DNA of 64,000 bases from an uncultured Nitrososphaeraceae archaeon (lineage in GTDB: Archaea; Thermoproteota; Nitrososphaeria; Nitrososphaerales; Nitrososphaeraceae). Shown here in pieces: positions 23,193-34,438 of the stretch. The first letter of the stretch is position 1, and the number at the start of each line of letters is the position of its first letter. The stretch covers positions 96,001 through 160,000 of the forward strand of contig CAWGVG010000062.1 of NCBI GenBank assembly GCA_963825865.1. Reading direction: 5' to 3'. The notes below the pieces were generated by a model. The model worked only from the letters and a program-made list of their open reading frames with translations. It was not told the origin of the DNA and searched no databases. Both the position numbers and the translations under genes were made by a program.

Positions 23193-24863
23193 GTGGATAA
23201 AACGTTGAATACATTCTTCTTAGTAATTATAATCTTAATCACATTTATGTCCCAATTCTCCTCTTTGATCATACCTCTTCATGCACAAACAGTTGCAAAA
23301 GAACATGGCGCCAATGATAATAGTAATTTAGCGAGTATCGATATCAATTCTGGAATCAAAGTAGCTAGTTATCCTATAGGTGTTGCAGTCAATCCTTCGA
23401 CAAATAAAATATATGTGACAAATGAATATTCTAATACTGTATCTATAATAGATGTAAATACAGACAAAGTTGACGGAACTATTAATGTAGGAAGTTTTCC
23501 ATATGGGATAGGTTTTAACCCTCTCAATAACAGAATATATGTAAGTAATAGAGGCAATGGAACTGTCCCTGGTACTGTCTCTATTATAGACGGCTCAACC
23601 AATAGCCCAATCGCTAATGCCTCTGTGGGGAAGAGTCCTTTAGGTGTTGCAGTCAATCCTTCGAATAGTTTCATATATGTAACTAATTTGGACTCTGGTA
23701 CAGTTTCAAAAATAGATGGCATAAATAATAATTTGAAAAGTACAATAAAAGTAGGTACTGGGCCCTATGGCATTGCAGTCAATCCTATCAGTAATAAAAT
23801 ATATGTAACTAATATTGGAGATAACACAGTTTCTGTTATAAATGGTACAACTGACCAGTTGGTTAGTACAATAAAACAACTACCTACTGGTATTAAACCA
23901 GCAGGTATAGCAATTAATACTTCTACTAATAGGATGTATGTGACTGATCTTAAATCTGGATCTGTTTTTATTATAGATACTTTAACAGATAAGCCAGTCA
24001 ACACTATAAAGGTAGGAAAAATTCCTGCTGGTTTAGAAGTAAATCCTATCAGTAATAAAATATATGTAACTAATATTGGAGATAACACAGTTTCTGTTAT
24101 AGACGGCAAAAAGAATCAAACTATAAACACCATAGCAGTGAATCCAATTTTAAAGGCAAATTTCAAAGACAACGATCCTTTAAAAAATTTACCAGTTAAC
24201 GTCGGATTTCCAGATATTACAAGTTTTGTATCAATCGATCCGGCTACTAATATGGTGTATGTAACAAATACTGCATCCAACACTATTTCAATGATAGACG
24301 GGAATAAGGATGCTGGAGCAGTAAGATTGAATTTCAATATTAATCCGCCTAATTCTGGTGATGTAGAATGCGACGGAGTAAAGAATTTAGAAGGAAATTC
24401 TACATTATATACTAGAGGACAGGTCATTCGATGTGTAGCTAATCCAAATCGTGCATATAGTTTTGATTCTTGGTCTAATATAGCCAACAATTTAAATAAT
24501 CCATTGACTGTTCAGATTTCACAAATTGGAACGCTCACTGCTAACTTTGTTCCAACATATCCTCCAGAAACATATTTCTTTATAATATTGGGAGTTATAG
24601 GCGCTGTGCCAATATTTTTGGGATGGCTTAATAGAGAGAGGCAAAGACATCGCCTCACTAGATACTTGACAAGGATTGAAACCACACATGATAGACTCTT
24701 TGAAGGCAACAAACAGGACTATGTTATGCAGCTACAACAGATAAGTAAGGAAATACTAGATTTATTTAAAAGAGGGAAAATATCTGATTCATATTACAAT
24801 ATTTTATATAGAAAGGCCATGGATTACATATCTTTGGCTTACAGCAGTGACAGAAATACCTAG
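23193..24863 (+). CDS. YncE/YVTN-type beta-propeller surface protein with a C-terminal transmembrane helix
   Basis: Repeated PxGVAVNPxxNKIYVTN...VSVID units; an identical 60-bp repeat at 23781-23840 and 24042-24101; TM segment near the C-terminus. Confidence 0.88.
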   Translation: MDKTLNTFFLVIIILITFMSQFSSLIIPLHAQTVAKEHGANDNSNLASIDINSGIKVASYPIGVAVNPSTNKIYVTNEYSNTVSIIDVNTDKVDGTINVGSFPYGIGFNPLNNRIYVSNRGNGTVPGTVSIIDGSTNSPIANASVGKSPLGVAVNPSNSFIYVTNLDSGTVSKIDGINNNLKSTIKVGTGPYGIAVNPISNKIYVTNIGDNTVSVINGTTDQLVSTIKQLPTGIKPAGIAINTSTNRMYVTDLKSGSVFIIDTLTDKPVNTIKVGKIPAGLEVNPISNKIYVTNIGDNTVSVIDGKKNQTINTIAVNPILKANFKDNDPLKNLPVNVGFPDITSFVSIDPATNMVYVTNTASNTISMIDGNKDAGAVRLNFNINPPNSGDVECDGVKNLEGNSTLYTRGQVIRCVANPNRAYSFDSWSNIANNLNNPLTVQISQIGTLTANFVPTYPPETYFFIILGVIGAVPIFLGWLNRERQRHRLTRYLTRIETTHDRLFEGNKQDYVMQLQQISKEILDLFKRGKISDSYYNILYRKAMDYISLAYSSDRNT

Positions 24864-25289
24864 GAGTCTGCTTCTCTTGTCCAGATATGTTTCTTAGGAT
24901 TATTGCTACCAATAATTGGTAACTTACTTATTCCGAATATGCTACACACCAATCTGAGAGTTCATTTTTCTAGCCTGTTAAATTGTCAAGAAATAACTCT
25001 TGATGCAAACAAGAATAGAACCATGACTGATAACAATTTATACTGCTGAGTCTGAGCTTCCGGTAATAGACGAGATATAGCTACATTGTTGTGTTGTTAT
25101 TCACTTTGACCTATTATTTCACTTGTTTTATTATCAGCAGTTTATTTTCTATTGGTTTTTTAATAAAGCAATTTATATTGGATAATGGGAAGGTCTATGT
25201 ACTCTTTTACGCTGCTCGCTAATTTCTACTCAGCCACAATGTTCAACAAATTGTATATATATACTTAATATTTATCAAATATATTACTA

Positions 25290-26509
25290 TTGCCAGAGCA
25301 TAAAGTAAGCTCAAAGATTGCAGTTGTTATTCTTGCTATAGTGGTAGGTGTTATACTAGTAGCGTATTTACCAAATTCATCTTTTAGTCAAGTATCATCG
25401 CCATTTCTTCCAGGAAGTCACAGAAATGCTGCAATAATAATAATAATAATAATAATAGCAATCACACAATTATACATGGCAATAATAATAATAATAATAA
25501 TAAAACATTAAGCTCTCAAGCAGGCAATCTATATTCATATTCTCTAAATAAAAAAGTAATAAACACAGCAAAACCAAAATCATTAGCATCACAAACAAAG
25601 ACTATAGAAGTTACAGCAAACCTTTCTCAGAAAGGGTTAGACAAATTCGGTATAAAGGAAATATATCTAACCAAGAAGGGTGGTAGAGAATGGTATATCA
25701 ATATGGCTGATCCAGGAAATGATCCTATATTTTCTACTGGATTTAGTCAGACCCTCATCAAACAAAATAGCAGTAGTAGTAATACCAATGACAGTCGTGA
25801 TAATGGTAATAATAATAATAATAATAATAATGGTACTAGTTGGAACAGTACTAGTTATTGGCGCATTACTAATCCGCAAGTTAGAATGCATGTTACTACT
25901 CCTCCAGGTTCTGCTCAATGGAAAAATGTAGAGATAACTGGATATGTTAAAGTAAATGCGACAAACATTACTGGAGCCCATCATCACCAGAAAGATATAC
26001 CCAATCATATTGCATGGCTTGCCAGAAGTGGCGTACATACTGACAACGCCCCATGTAATGGCACAGATCTGTCAGGTGGAATACGCGATGATGGTAGTGT
26101 GGGGTGGAAAAAAGAGATATGGTTTACAGGCGGTTATACAAATGAATCTGCTCAAGCCAAACCTACGGATTCAATAGTTGGCAGGTGGATTGGTTGGAAA
26201 GCTGTAGTGTATAACATAAACAATGAGACAGCAGTAAAAATGGAGTCATACCTAGACGATAAGAATAACAACCATTGGGTAAAAGTAACAAACCTTACGG
26301 ATAGCGGTGGATGGAATGCTGATACTTCTGACAAGAAATTCTATAAAGCTAATTGTGGTAAACCCAAAGACTACGTAATAACAAGTTCTGGCCCTATGGT
26401 AATCTTCAGAGCAGATAACATGATATTGGATTTTAAGAACCTTAGTGTTAGGGAGATTGAGCCTCCTCCTCTTCCTACTCATACTCATAAGCAGTACTAT
26501 ACTCAATAA
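25290..26509 (+). CDS. Secreted thaumarchaeal protein with poly-Asn linkers and a Trp-rich beta-sandwich-like domain; frameshift near 25430
   Basis: Signal peptide in the 25290 ORF; the poly-Asn frame continues through GLDKFGIKEIYLTKKGGREW into ORF 25703-26509. Confidence 0.7.
25433..25831 (+). repeat. Three (AAT)7-8 microsatellites (25433-25456, 25481-25501, 25808-25831)
   Basis: Directly visible trinucleotide runs encoding poly-Asn. Confidence 0.9.
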
Positions 26510-26760
26510 CATAAGTTCATAGACTTCTAGAGAGAGATACTTGACTATATCCAGATTGAACCGTTTTGTTCTATAATACTCTGCAATAGCCTTCTTCAAA
26601 TCAGTAAGTCGTGGATAGTATTTTGATACTAACAGATCATGCTTTCCCTGTCTTCAACATTCTTCTATTGCATTGAATTCAGGAGATCCCTTAGGAAAAT
26701 ATACAACCCTTAGCATGTTATTTCTCTCTTTTAGGTATGCTCTTACCATCTTACACCGCC
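26500..26760 (-). mobile_element. IS630-family transposase 3' remnant
   Basis: YFPKGSPEFNAIEEC*RQGK (a stop replaces the W of the PxxSPELNPIExxW motif)...DLKKAIAEYYRTKRFNLDI. Confidence 0.8.
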
Positions 26761-27084
26761 ATATCTCTTCTCCCGATAGGGGGCATGAATCTCTACCGTT
26801 TATCTTTGTCAGAGTAATGTGGTTACAAAATACCTTCCTTTGAAAAAGTTTTCTCTCTTCAACTCTATCGAAGATTAACGTACTTTGGTTTAAGGCCAGC
26901 TTGTTTTCTGTTTCAGCAAACACTATCGGTTCATCATCTGTCTTAGTTATACAGATTTTAATGTAGTGTGAACCTTTTCCATGCTGTCTGAAGCGGATTG
27001 TAAAACATGTTTAGCCGTTACAAAGTCCACTGCATGAAGGTCAGATTGTGATTGAATGTCTACAAAAAAACCTGTTCCGAGAGG

Positions 27085-27353
27085 GATAACTCCATGATTT
27101 TTTCTTCAAAAATTCGTATTGTTCAATGTAAGCAAATGTAGCTTCTCGTACTTACAAACCAATATGTGCAGATTCAAGAATCTTTTTTGGTTGACCTGTT
27201 TGAGGATCTATCACATACTGTCCTGTTCTTGGGTCTAAAAGATATTCCTGGCTTAAGTGCTTTTGCTTGAAGAAAATCATAAACTTCGTCATTAACTCTG
27301 AAACCAACTGGTGTCAGTTTGTTTTTCTTAGGCTTAGTGTTAGGTGTTGACAT
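27085..27353 (-). pseudogene. Putative ribbon-helix-helix DNA-binding protein (one frameshift and one stop; absent from the ORF track)
   Basis: Manual translation from ATG 27353: MSTPNTKPKKNKLTPVGFRVNDEVYDFLQAKAL / QEYLLDPRTGQYVIDPQTGQPKKILESAHIGL*VREATFAYIEQY. Confidence 0.5.
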
Positions 27354-27819
27354 TTATCACTTTATCACTTATCACGCAAGGTAAATCCGGATTCTTTTTA
27401 AGGCTGAGCATAAAATGCCCTAAAGCGCGAACCAAATGGACCTCAATTGGTATTAATTGGTTCTGACAATGTTTTTTTATGAAAGAAATTCTTCCAGTGC
27501 TGCCTTTATACACTATCTTATATTTTTTGATTTTATAAAAACTATGTATAGAACTGGGGAAAACTGGCAAAAAACAAACTTTTTCTGGTTGACTTTTTCC
27601 GGAAAATTTTGTTATCACTTTATAGAATGTTATCACTAACCAAGGTTCTTATCACAAATACCGGGACTTATCACGCAAATCATGCCTTATCACGAAAACA
27701 CGTCTTACCACCTAGGGTATGAGTTATCACTCTGAAAATTTTTATCACTCTTATCACTCTTATCACGTCCGTTAACTTTATCACAGAAAAATCTTATGTG
27801 ATAATGTAAATCTTATCAC
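27354..27819 (+). repeat. TTATCAC heptamer array (iteron- or centromere-like)
   Basis: 14 exact direct copies at 27354, 27362, 27369, 27612, 27630, 27649, 27668, 27687, 27724, 27742, 27751, 27760, 27778 and 27813; TTACCAC at 27705; an inverted copy at 27798. Confidence 0.9.
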
Positions 27820-28299
27820 GGATCTCATCTTTTTTTGTGATATAAGGCATAAGCAATGATTCAAAGTGCGGTAAATGAGTATTGGAAACTAATAGCAATT
27901 GATTCACTTGAAAGTTCTATCAATGCAGAAAGACTGTCAGATGCAGAACAGCCTGTATTAGCATAGCTATGTAATGCTCAGTAAAGTAATCTTGTGATGA
28001 TATGTACTGTTGTTGTCCTCCATACATAAAGGATGCAGGATAATGAGTTGTCCCCGGTAAAGAGACATTATTATTATAAATTAAAGAACTTTCCTCGTAA
28101 CTGCTTATCGCAGCAAAGGCTATGTTTATTGCCTGATTATGTATCTACAGGTAATAATATTAACAATTAGTATTGATGAATCTGTTCTATTCATGATGTT
28201 ACCGCACAAAACATTGATCAGGATTTAATAATAATGTCACCATTTTGGTGTATTGGTCAAGGATATTTTTATATATAGATAGGAACTGACATTAAAAAT

Positions 28300-28623
28300 G
28301 TGCTGCAAATAATAGCTTTAATCTTTATTGTATTCCTTATGGTGATTAACACTTATAGTGTATACGCCCCCGGATATCCTCCCCCTATTCCACCAAAAAT
28401 CTACCAAAAGCCATCTTCAGGGCTTTCCCAATTAGTAAATAAGACCTTGACAAATAGTACGAATAATACTAACGTTACAGTACCATCCTCCGGGATTTAC
28501 CAATTAGAAAGATGTGTACAAGGCAACTCATCTTATGCCATGTTTAAATCATGTTTAGCATCATTGTCGACAAACAACCGAACAGACATAGGCCATTTGA
28601 CTAATCAATCAGCATCACATTGA
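28300..28623 (+). CDS. Small secreted hypothetical protein
   Basis: Signal peptide, Pro-rich segment and a Cys pair. Confidence 0.55.
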   Translation: MLQIIALIFIVFLMVINTYSVYAPGYPPPIPPKIYQKPSSGLSQLVNKTLTNSTNNTNVTVPSSGIYQLERCVQGNSSYAMFKSCLASLSTNNRTDIGHLTNQSASH

Positions 28624-28795
28624 AAACCTGCGCGTACTAGGCTCCAGCGATTTAGATGCAAGCCGGTAACTTCTAGAATTAAAATATAGATATAGACTAT
28701 ATGCAACTGCGGCTGGGTCTGTCCTAATACGTTTCATGCTATCCATCATGACTAAGGGCCTATCCCAAAATTATCCTCCTGTAATAGAACCTGGC

Positions 28796-28915
28796 GCGAG
28801 GCGCCATGAATTTCAGACTGACCATGGGTACAAAACTCAATGTGAAATTGCCGGAATGAAGCCAATAAATATAGAAATATTAATGGGGCATTCAGTAGGC
28901 ATCTCTGACTCGTAC
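28796..28915 (+). pseudogene. Tyrosine recombinase/integrase C-terminal remnant
   Basis: RRHEFQTDHG-YKTQCEIAGMKPINIEILMGHSVGISDSY matches the box II LMGH...Y region; the HxxR arginine is deleted. Confidence 0.7.
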
Positions 28916-29130
28916 ACACATCACAAATAGGATAACCAAGGTAAAACAATCCGCGATATAGCAAAAGAGGTTAGAATGTCATTCAGGGACATAGTATCTA
29001 TTTTGAATAAGGCTGATAACATCAAAACAGCGAATTTTACAAATCTTGATCCTCCCTCGATTATGACGTTACGGTTGAACACTTGAAAGAAAATCCTATA
29101 GAGAAATTGTATTTGATCACTCTGGTATAT

Positions 29131-29998
29131 TTATGTTATTTTATCATCATTATTTTTATTAGTTAAAAATCTGCGCATTATATCAAATACTACAGATGGT
29201 TTCTCAGAAAACGGTGCATGACCTGTATTTTCTACCATTTGAAGTTTGCTGTGTTTTTTGAGTAGTTCATGAAACTTTTCAGAATGTGCAACTGGTATTA
29301 GCTTATCAGCAGCACCACATATGATCAGAGTTGGTATATTCTCAATCCTTTGTAATTCTGATGATTCAATATGTGTTTTTGTACTATTTTCAAAAGCTGA
29401 TTTAAATGCATATTTCGCCCCTGTCAAGTTAATTCTTTTGATAAAACCGTCAACAATAGTAGGATGGAGTAACGCTGGATTTCCAAGCATCTGTTCGAAT
29501 ACATTTTTTACACTTTCAAATGTTGGATTTAATGCAGCATTAAGGTATTGTTCAAGTAGGGGTGTTGGTTCCTTGAGCATTCCAGAAGGGTCTATGAGAA
29601 TAAGCTTTTCTATCAGATCTTGACCTTCTATGGCTACTTTTGGCTATATATCCTCCAAGTGAATGACCTACTATTATTGTTTTGCAACTATCATCATCGC
29701 TATCATCATCATTTCTCCAAATTTGCTTACAATCAATGAAGTCTCTAATGAATTTGCTAAAATACTCTATTGTGTAGTCTAGTGTTACGGGTTTATCACT
29801 ACCACCAAAACCTATGAGGTCAACGGCTACTATTGGATGGAAATATCTGGATAAAGCATCAGGGATATCCAACCATCTATCCGATGATGATCCGAGACCA
29901 TGGATAAATAAAATATTTTTCTTTTTCGAACTATTGCGTTTTTCAGATTTCAGATACCTTATCTCGAAATCATTTAGCATTACTTTATTCTCCTTCAC
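29131..29998 (-). CDS. Alpha/beta hydrolase, frameshift near 29640
   Basis: FIHGLGSS, DLIGFGGSDKP, GHSLGG, GAADKLIP and GHAPF. Confidence 0.88.
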
Positions 29999-30237
29999 TT
30001 ATTCCACCTAATGGTACGTCGGGTCTCTTGCTGCTATAAATATTTGACGATTGGGTACAAGGAGGAAGTTAAGGCGAAAGAACTATAGCCTCGGAGGTAC
30101 CTCTCCGTTCTATAGTCATAGTTGAACGCGAGAGGACATCTGCTGAAATACTTCGTTTAATGTTTCATTGGTGACTCGGCCGTTAGGAGTATGATCAAAT
30201 CCCTCTTTGTGTCAAGCATTAGCCACTAAGCTTAAAG

Positions 30238-31644
30238 CTAGGCGCCGACTGTTCTGTCATCCTTTTTTCCTCTAGTCTCGCTAATCACCAACTCTAAATA
30301 TTGTATAACTTCGTTATCATCTAACATTGAAGATTCTACTGCTGTTTCTTTTTCCATAGAATCTGCGTGTTTATGGATTAGTTTTACAACCTTTCCTATA
30401 ATCTCTGCGTTCTCTTGTGCATTACCTAAAGTATCTAGCAGAGCATACTCCTTTGCATATTTTCTGGCTAAATGACGCAATTCTGCATCTTGGGCCACTG
30501 ACAGCGCGACAGAGTATATTCCTATGCTAAAAAGAAAAGAAGCAAGCACAACAAAGGCACGTTGGATTGCTCCAAAGGGTGGATAAGAATTGTTGGTTAT
30601 CCAGTTATTGGTCGTTGGAGAAATTAAAATGGTTGAAAATGCTGCTATAATCAAATAGTTAATGATCTTACGAGAAGAGGTAATTTGCCGTCCAAGAGTT
30701 TTTGCTACTAAAATATATGCAAAAGCTATTACAAAATCAGCTACAACCCATCCTGCGGTACCTATTACCCTAAAGATAAGGAAGCTGGGGTCCATATATA
30801 CAAATTCACTTGCAGTTGACTTTAATAATTGAGGAGCAAATATCCCAAATAAAAAAAGTACAGGTGGTAAAATTATAAGTGTCCAAAATGTTGCTCTTCC
30901 TATCTGATCCTTAAAATAACGAAGGAAATATGCAACAGCAACTGTTTCTGCGATAGCAATAGCAGTAACTTGAGGGACAAGAAACCCATAGAGATGAATC
31001 ACAAGTTCTATTCTAGATAAGTGTCTGCTTGCCATAGAATTGCTAGAGTGGAAATTTGGATCTATGGAGGGTGGTCTTGAAAAGACTAATTCCTTTGTAT
31101 CAAATGCAGTAGTAACTGTCACGCTGATGCAAAGGAGCATCGATGATACAGCAAATGCCAATATCATGATATTGTGTCGTTTATTGACACTCGACTTGAA
31201 CCATGACAAGAATTTGTAAGTGCGAAAACCAAAGAACAAGATGGCTACTGCACTTATTAAGACAATTAGAATCAGCAGGTAAGTGCTATATTGTGAAAAT
31301 AACACCATTTCAACAATGATAGCTCCAAAGATGACTAAAAGTGCATAAAGAAAAATAGGTGTTGCCTTGTACAGCCTATTAAAAAACGAAGGAGCCTCAA
31401 GGTTTTTGCGCAATGCAACCATATAATCTCTAAGGGCATACAGACCTGCAAAAAATACAGTGATACTCATTGTTATAAATAATATTACACCAAAAGAAGA
31501 ATTAAGAGGCTTTCCCAAAACGTCAAGAAAGGTGCCAAAGATTACATCGGTAATTATTATGGCCCAAGCAATAAACGTCATCAAATAAGTTTTTTTGTTG
31601 ATGATACTTGTAGTGACTATCAACGGTATTTTTGTAGTCGACAC
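30238..31644 (-). CDS. Polytopic membrane protein of a thaumarchaeal hypothetical family
   Basis: About 10 hydrophobic segments and a charged C-terminal tail. Confidence 0.75.
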   Translation of the reverse strand: MSTTKIPLIVTTSIINKKTYLMTFIAWAIIITDVIFGTFLDVLGKPLNSSFGVILFITMSITVFFAGLYALRDYMVALRKNLEAPSFFNRLYKATPIFLYALLVIFGAIIVEMVLFSQYSTYLLILIVLISAVAILFFGFRTYKFLSWFKSSVNKRHNIMILAFAVSSMLLCISVTVTTAFDTKELVFSRPPSIDPNFHSSNSMASRHLSRIELVIHLYGFLVPQVTAIAIAETVAVAYFLRYFKDQIGRATFWTLIILPPVLFLFGIFAPQLLKSTASEFVYMDPSFLIFRVIGTAGWVVADFVIAFAYILVAKTLGRQITSSRKIINYLIIAAFSTILISPTTNNWITNNSYPPFGAIQRAFVVLASFLFSIGIYSVALSVAQDAELRHLARKYAKEYALLDTLGNAQENAEIIGKVVKLIHKHADSMEKETAVESSMLDDNEVIQYLELVISETRGKKDDRTVGA

Positions 31645-31671
31645 GTCATTATATACTCTCCTATATGCGTT

Positions 31672-31860
31672 TCAGCAAATTGCCCGTGAAAATGTCACGT
31701 TATCGATATCAAAAGATATGTCTTTTGAAACAAGGGGTAGTTCTTGTCGTTGTTGCTGTTGTGCTATTGCAGCCTGATTTTGGTTTAATAACATTAATGA
31801 GCTAAGAAAAAATACGCCGGTAGCAACAATAAGAATGGTAAGAGACATTATTGCTGTCAT
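31672..31860 (-). pseudogene. Truncated N-terminus of a secreted protein (probably an alpha/beta hydrolase)
   Basis: Signal peptide followed by QQQ and SFDIDNVTFS, then an abrupt stop. Confidence 0.4.
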
Positions 31861-31914
31861 ATACAATGAAAGATGAAACGAAGAAGAATTACCTTTTTTT
31901 TCATTCATTGCGAA

Positions 31915-32993
31915 ATCTAAGCAGCATTGGTATCTAGTCGTCTTGTCGTTAACTGCATCAATATATTTGGAGAAAATCAGCCAGGGATTATCGAAATGTC
32001 CTACTTGCTTTGCAATGTTGCTAAAGGGGACTTGAGCTTTGCCAGCTGCCTTTTCCAAATCAGAAACAAATTCCTTTTGTACTATTACATCATTTCTTGT
32101 TCCAAGTCTAGTAAGATGGCCAGCAACAATTGTGTCAAAGTCATAGTTGTTTAAGGCTATATCATGATGCTTTGATAAAACCTGCTGTATCTTTAGCTAT
32201 TGCTAAATATGGAAATGGAACCCATCCTGGAAATATGATATCTACTAGCATGAGCACCTTTTGCTTTGGAGCATACATAAAGATATTTCCAGGTAGATGA
32301 TTAACGCCATAGTAGTCTAACTCTAGGGACTGATTTCCAATCTGCAATGTGTAGTTCTTGGTAAAAGTCATTGTAGGTATTGGAGGGACCATGGAAGCAT
32401 TTTTGGCTACACTTTTGGCTCTTTGTAACTCAGCTGCAGTTTCTTGTTGAGCTATAAAAGTAGCATTCTTTGGGAATATTCCAGCATCACCAATATGGTC
32501 TAAATGAGCATGGCTATATATCACAAAAGTAACCGGCTTGGTTGTCACTTCTGCTATGGCTTTAAGATAATTCTTGCCAATGGTTGGAGGAGCATCAACT
32601 GCTACAACACCTTTGTCTGTTACCATAAACATAGTCTGGTATGCTCCATCAGTTAGCCAATAAAGACCACCACGAATTTGTTGGACTAGATATCCTTTTG
32701 CAGGTATTTTTGGTCCAATTGCAGCTGCAGGTAATACTGGGCCTATACTATTTGTGTTATTGTTTGAGTCTTTTGCTACATTTGCCATAAGCAACGATGT
32801 GAATGCATCTATGTCAAGGACATGGCTGTTATGGCTACTACTACTAGTACCTACCAGCGCTCATCCTGGAGATATGATCATAACTAGGACTTTAGTTTGG
32901 AGTTTCTTTTTGTGCTTTTCCTGCTCCTATAACAGTTCCAAATATGATAACAGACACTAATCCAATTAGCATCAGCAAAAGACTCAACTTCAT
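31915..32993 (-). CDS. Secreted MBL-fold metallo-hydrolase, frameshifted and probably C-terminally truncated
   Basis: YSHAHLDHIG, VDAPP and LVDIIFPGW; continues after an indel near 32165 as HDIALNNYDFDTIVAGHLTR. Confidence 0.8.
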
Positions 32994-33616
32994 ATAGTTA
33001 TAAAGAAATACAAATATAGGATTTAACTATTTTCTCTTTGTTTTAGCGTTTTATCAGGCATCTATATCATAAGTTCAATCTCATGGTCTATTCTAGTCCT
33101 TTGATAGACCTGTGGCCAATATTACATAACAGCCTAATTTATAACCGTCATGATTTTATAAGAACGTCTATTGTTTCCTCCATGTAAGAGGGGAAAAATG
33201 ATGTAATGACTGATATTGAACCTGATGTAGGTGAACCCCTTAACTACAAGGGATTCATGAAGAACATTCTAAATTCTCCTGTGGTTGTATGAAATACGGG
33301 GGCGAGGGATGAACTGAAATCAGCACAACAAAAATAAACCCTATGATTTTTCAAAATGTGAGAACTCCTTATCTGAGGCCAGGCAATATTATTTGTTGCT
33401 ATGGTAGTAAATCGATACTGAAGAAGATGTGTTACATTCTATCATATTGGATGGCAAAGAACTATCAAATGCTATATCAAATGGAATCCTTTGCAATTTC
33501 TGACCAGCATACTTTGAAGGCAACAATGAGTTTGAATTGTAGAACTAATATAAAGATCTATAATTTCACGTTCTTCGTAGGTCATGAAAATATGCCGTGT
33601 AAGGTGGACGGCTCGA

Positions 33617-34438
33617 TTATGATTTACAATTATGCTGATATACAAGGTCTGTTTTTGTTTTTGTAGCGTGTGAATCTACAATATTATCTCTTTGCAATGA
33701 CTGATAAAATGCACCAGCACCTAAAATAAGAGAATGTGAATATTCTTCTAACAACATTTTTTTTGCTTCGTCCTGCTCCTTTGCTCCATAGTTATATGTG
33801 AATTCTACAATCATAGGCGTATTTTCTTCAGCTGACGAATACCATAGATTAAGATATACCTTAACAGTCTTGTCCCCTGCAAATGTGATCTTTCCAATCT
33901 CGGATGAAATTTCTATTGCTTCAAAATTATTTACTTTGCTGAGCGTTTCTTCAGCATCAATTCTTAAGTCAAGTCCCGGAAAGACAGATACTAGGTCTTT
34001 GATCGTATTAAAGTGTGGTTTTTGTTCATCCTTAAGGGATGCTGAAAGAGAAAACTTACTAATGAAAGGTGTAATTATATCCTCCTCGAACTTGATTTCG
34101 ATACCTTTTGCAGAACTCGAAGATTCATATGAAGCAGAGACATATCTGTCCGGGTGTCTACATTTCAATGTGACATCATATTCATCTGATTTCTTCTCTT
34201 TTCTTATTCTAAGCAGGAAATTATTATTGCAGTAGAGTTCATATGCATCCGTATCTAAATACCATGTCCTCCTTTCTTTTTCTTCAACATCTCTCTTGAA
34301 TTTTCCACCCTGTTTTTCAATTAAACTCTCCATAATGGTTGAGACTTCCTTTATTCCTTTCTCTCTATCCTTGAATTGATTAGTATCCAACATAATCTTG
34401 AACTCACGAGAGTTCAGGGGACGATTAGAGTGAGCCAT
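33617..34438 (-). CDS. CYTH/triphosphate-tunnel-like protein
   Basis: N-terminal REFK, YLDT, LLRIRK, VTLK and KFEED motifs in the typical CYTH order. Confidence 0.65.
   Translation of the reverse strand: MAHSNRPLNSREFKIMLDTNQFKDREKGIKEVSTIMESLIEKQGGKFKRDVEEKERRTWYLDTDAYELYCNNNFLLRIRKEKKSDEYDVTLKCRHPDRYVSASYESSSSAKGIEIKFEEDIITPFISKFSLSASLKDEQKPHFNTIKDLVSVFPGLDLRIDAEETLSKVNNFEAIEISSEIGKITFAGDKTVKVYLNLWYSSAEENTPMIVEFTYNYGAKEQDEAKKMLLEEYSHSLILGAGAFYQSLQRDNIVDSHATKTKTDLVYQHNCKS

Noticed and set aside
27354-27819. CRISPR array or DnaA-box chromosomal origin
   Set aside because: The repeats are only 7 bp with 0-12 bp spacers within each block and there are no cas genes. TTATCAC lacks a base of the DnaA box TTATCCACA, and there is no cdc6 or ORB motif nearby.
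33190-33235. Possible C/D box sRNA (ATGATG...CTGA)
   Set aside because: The boxes are degenerate and wrongly spaced, and no guide target could be identified.
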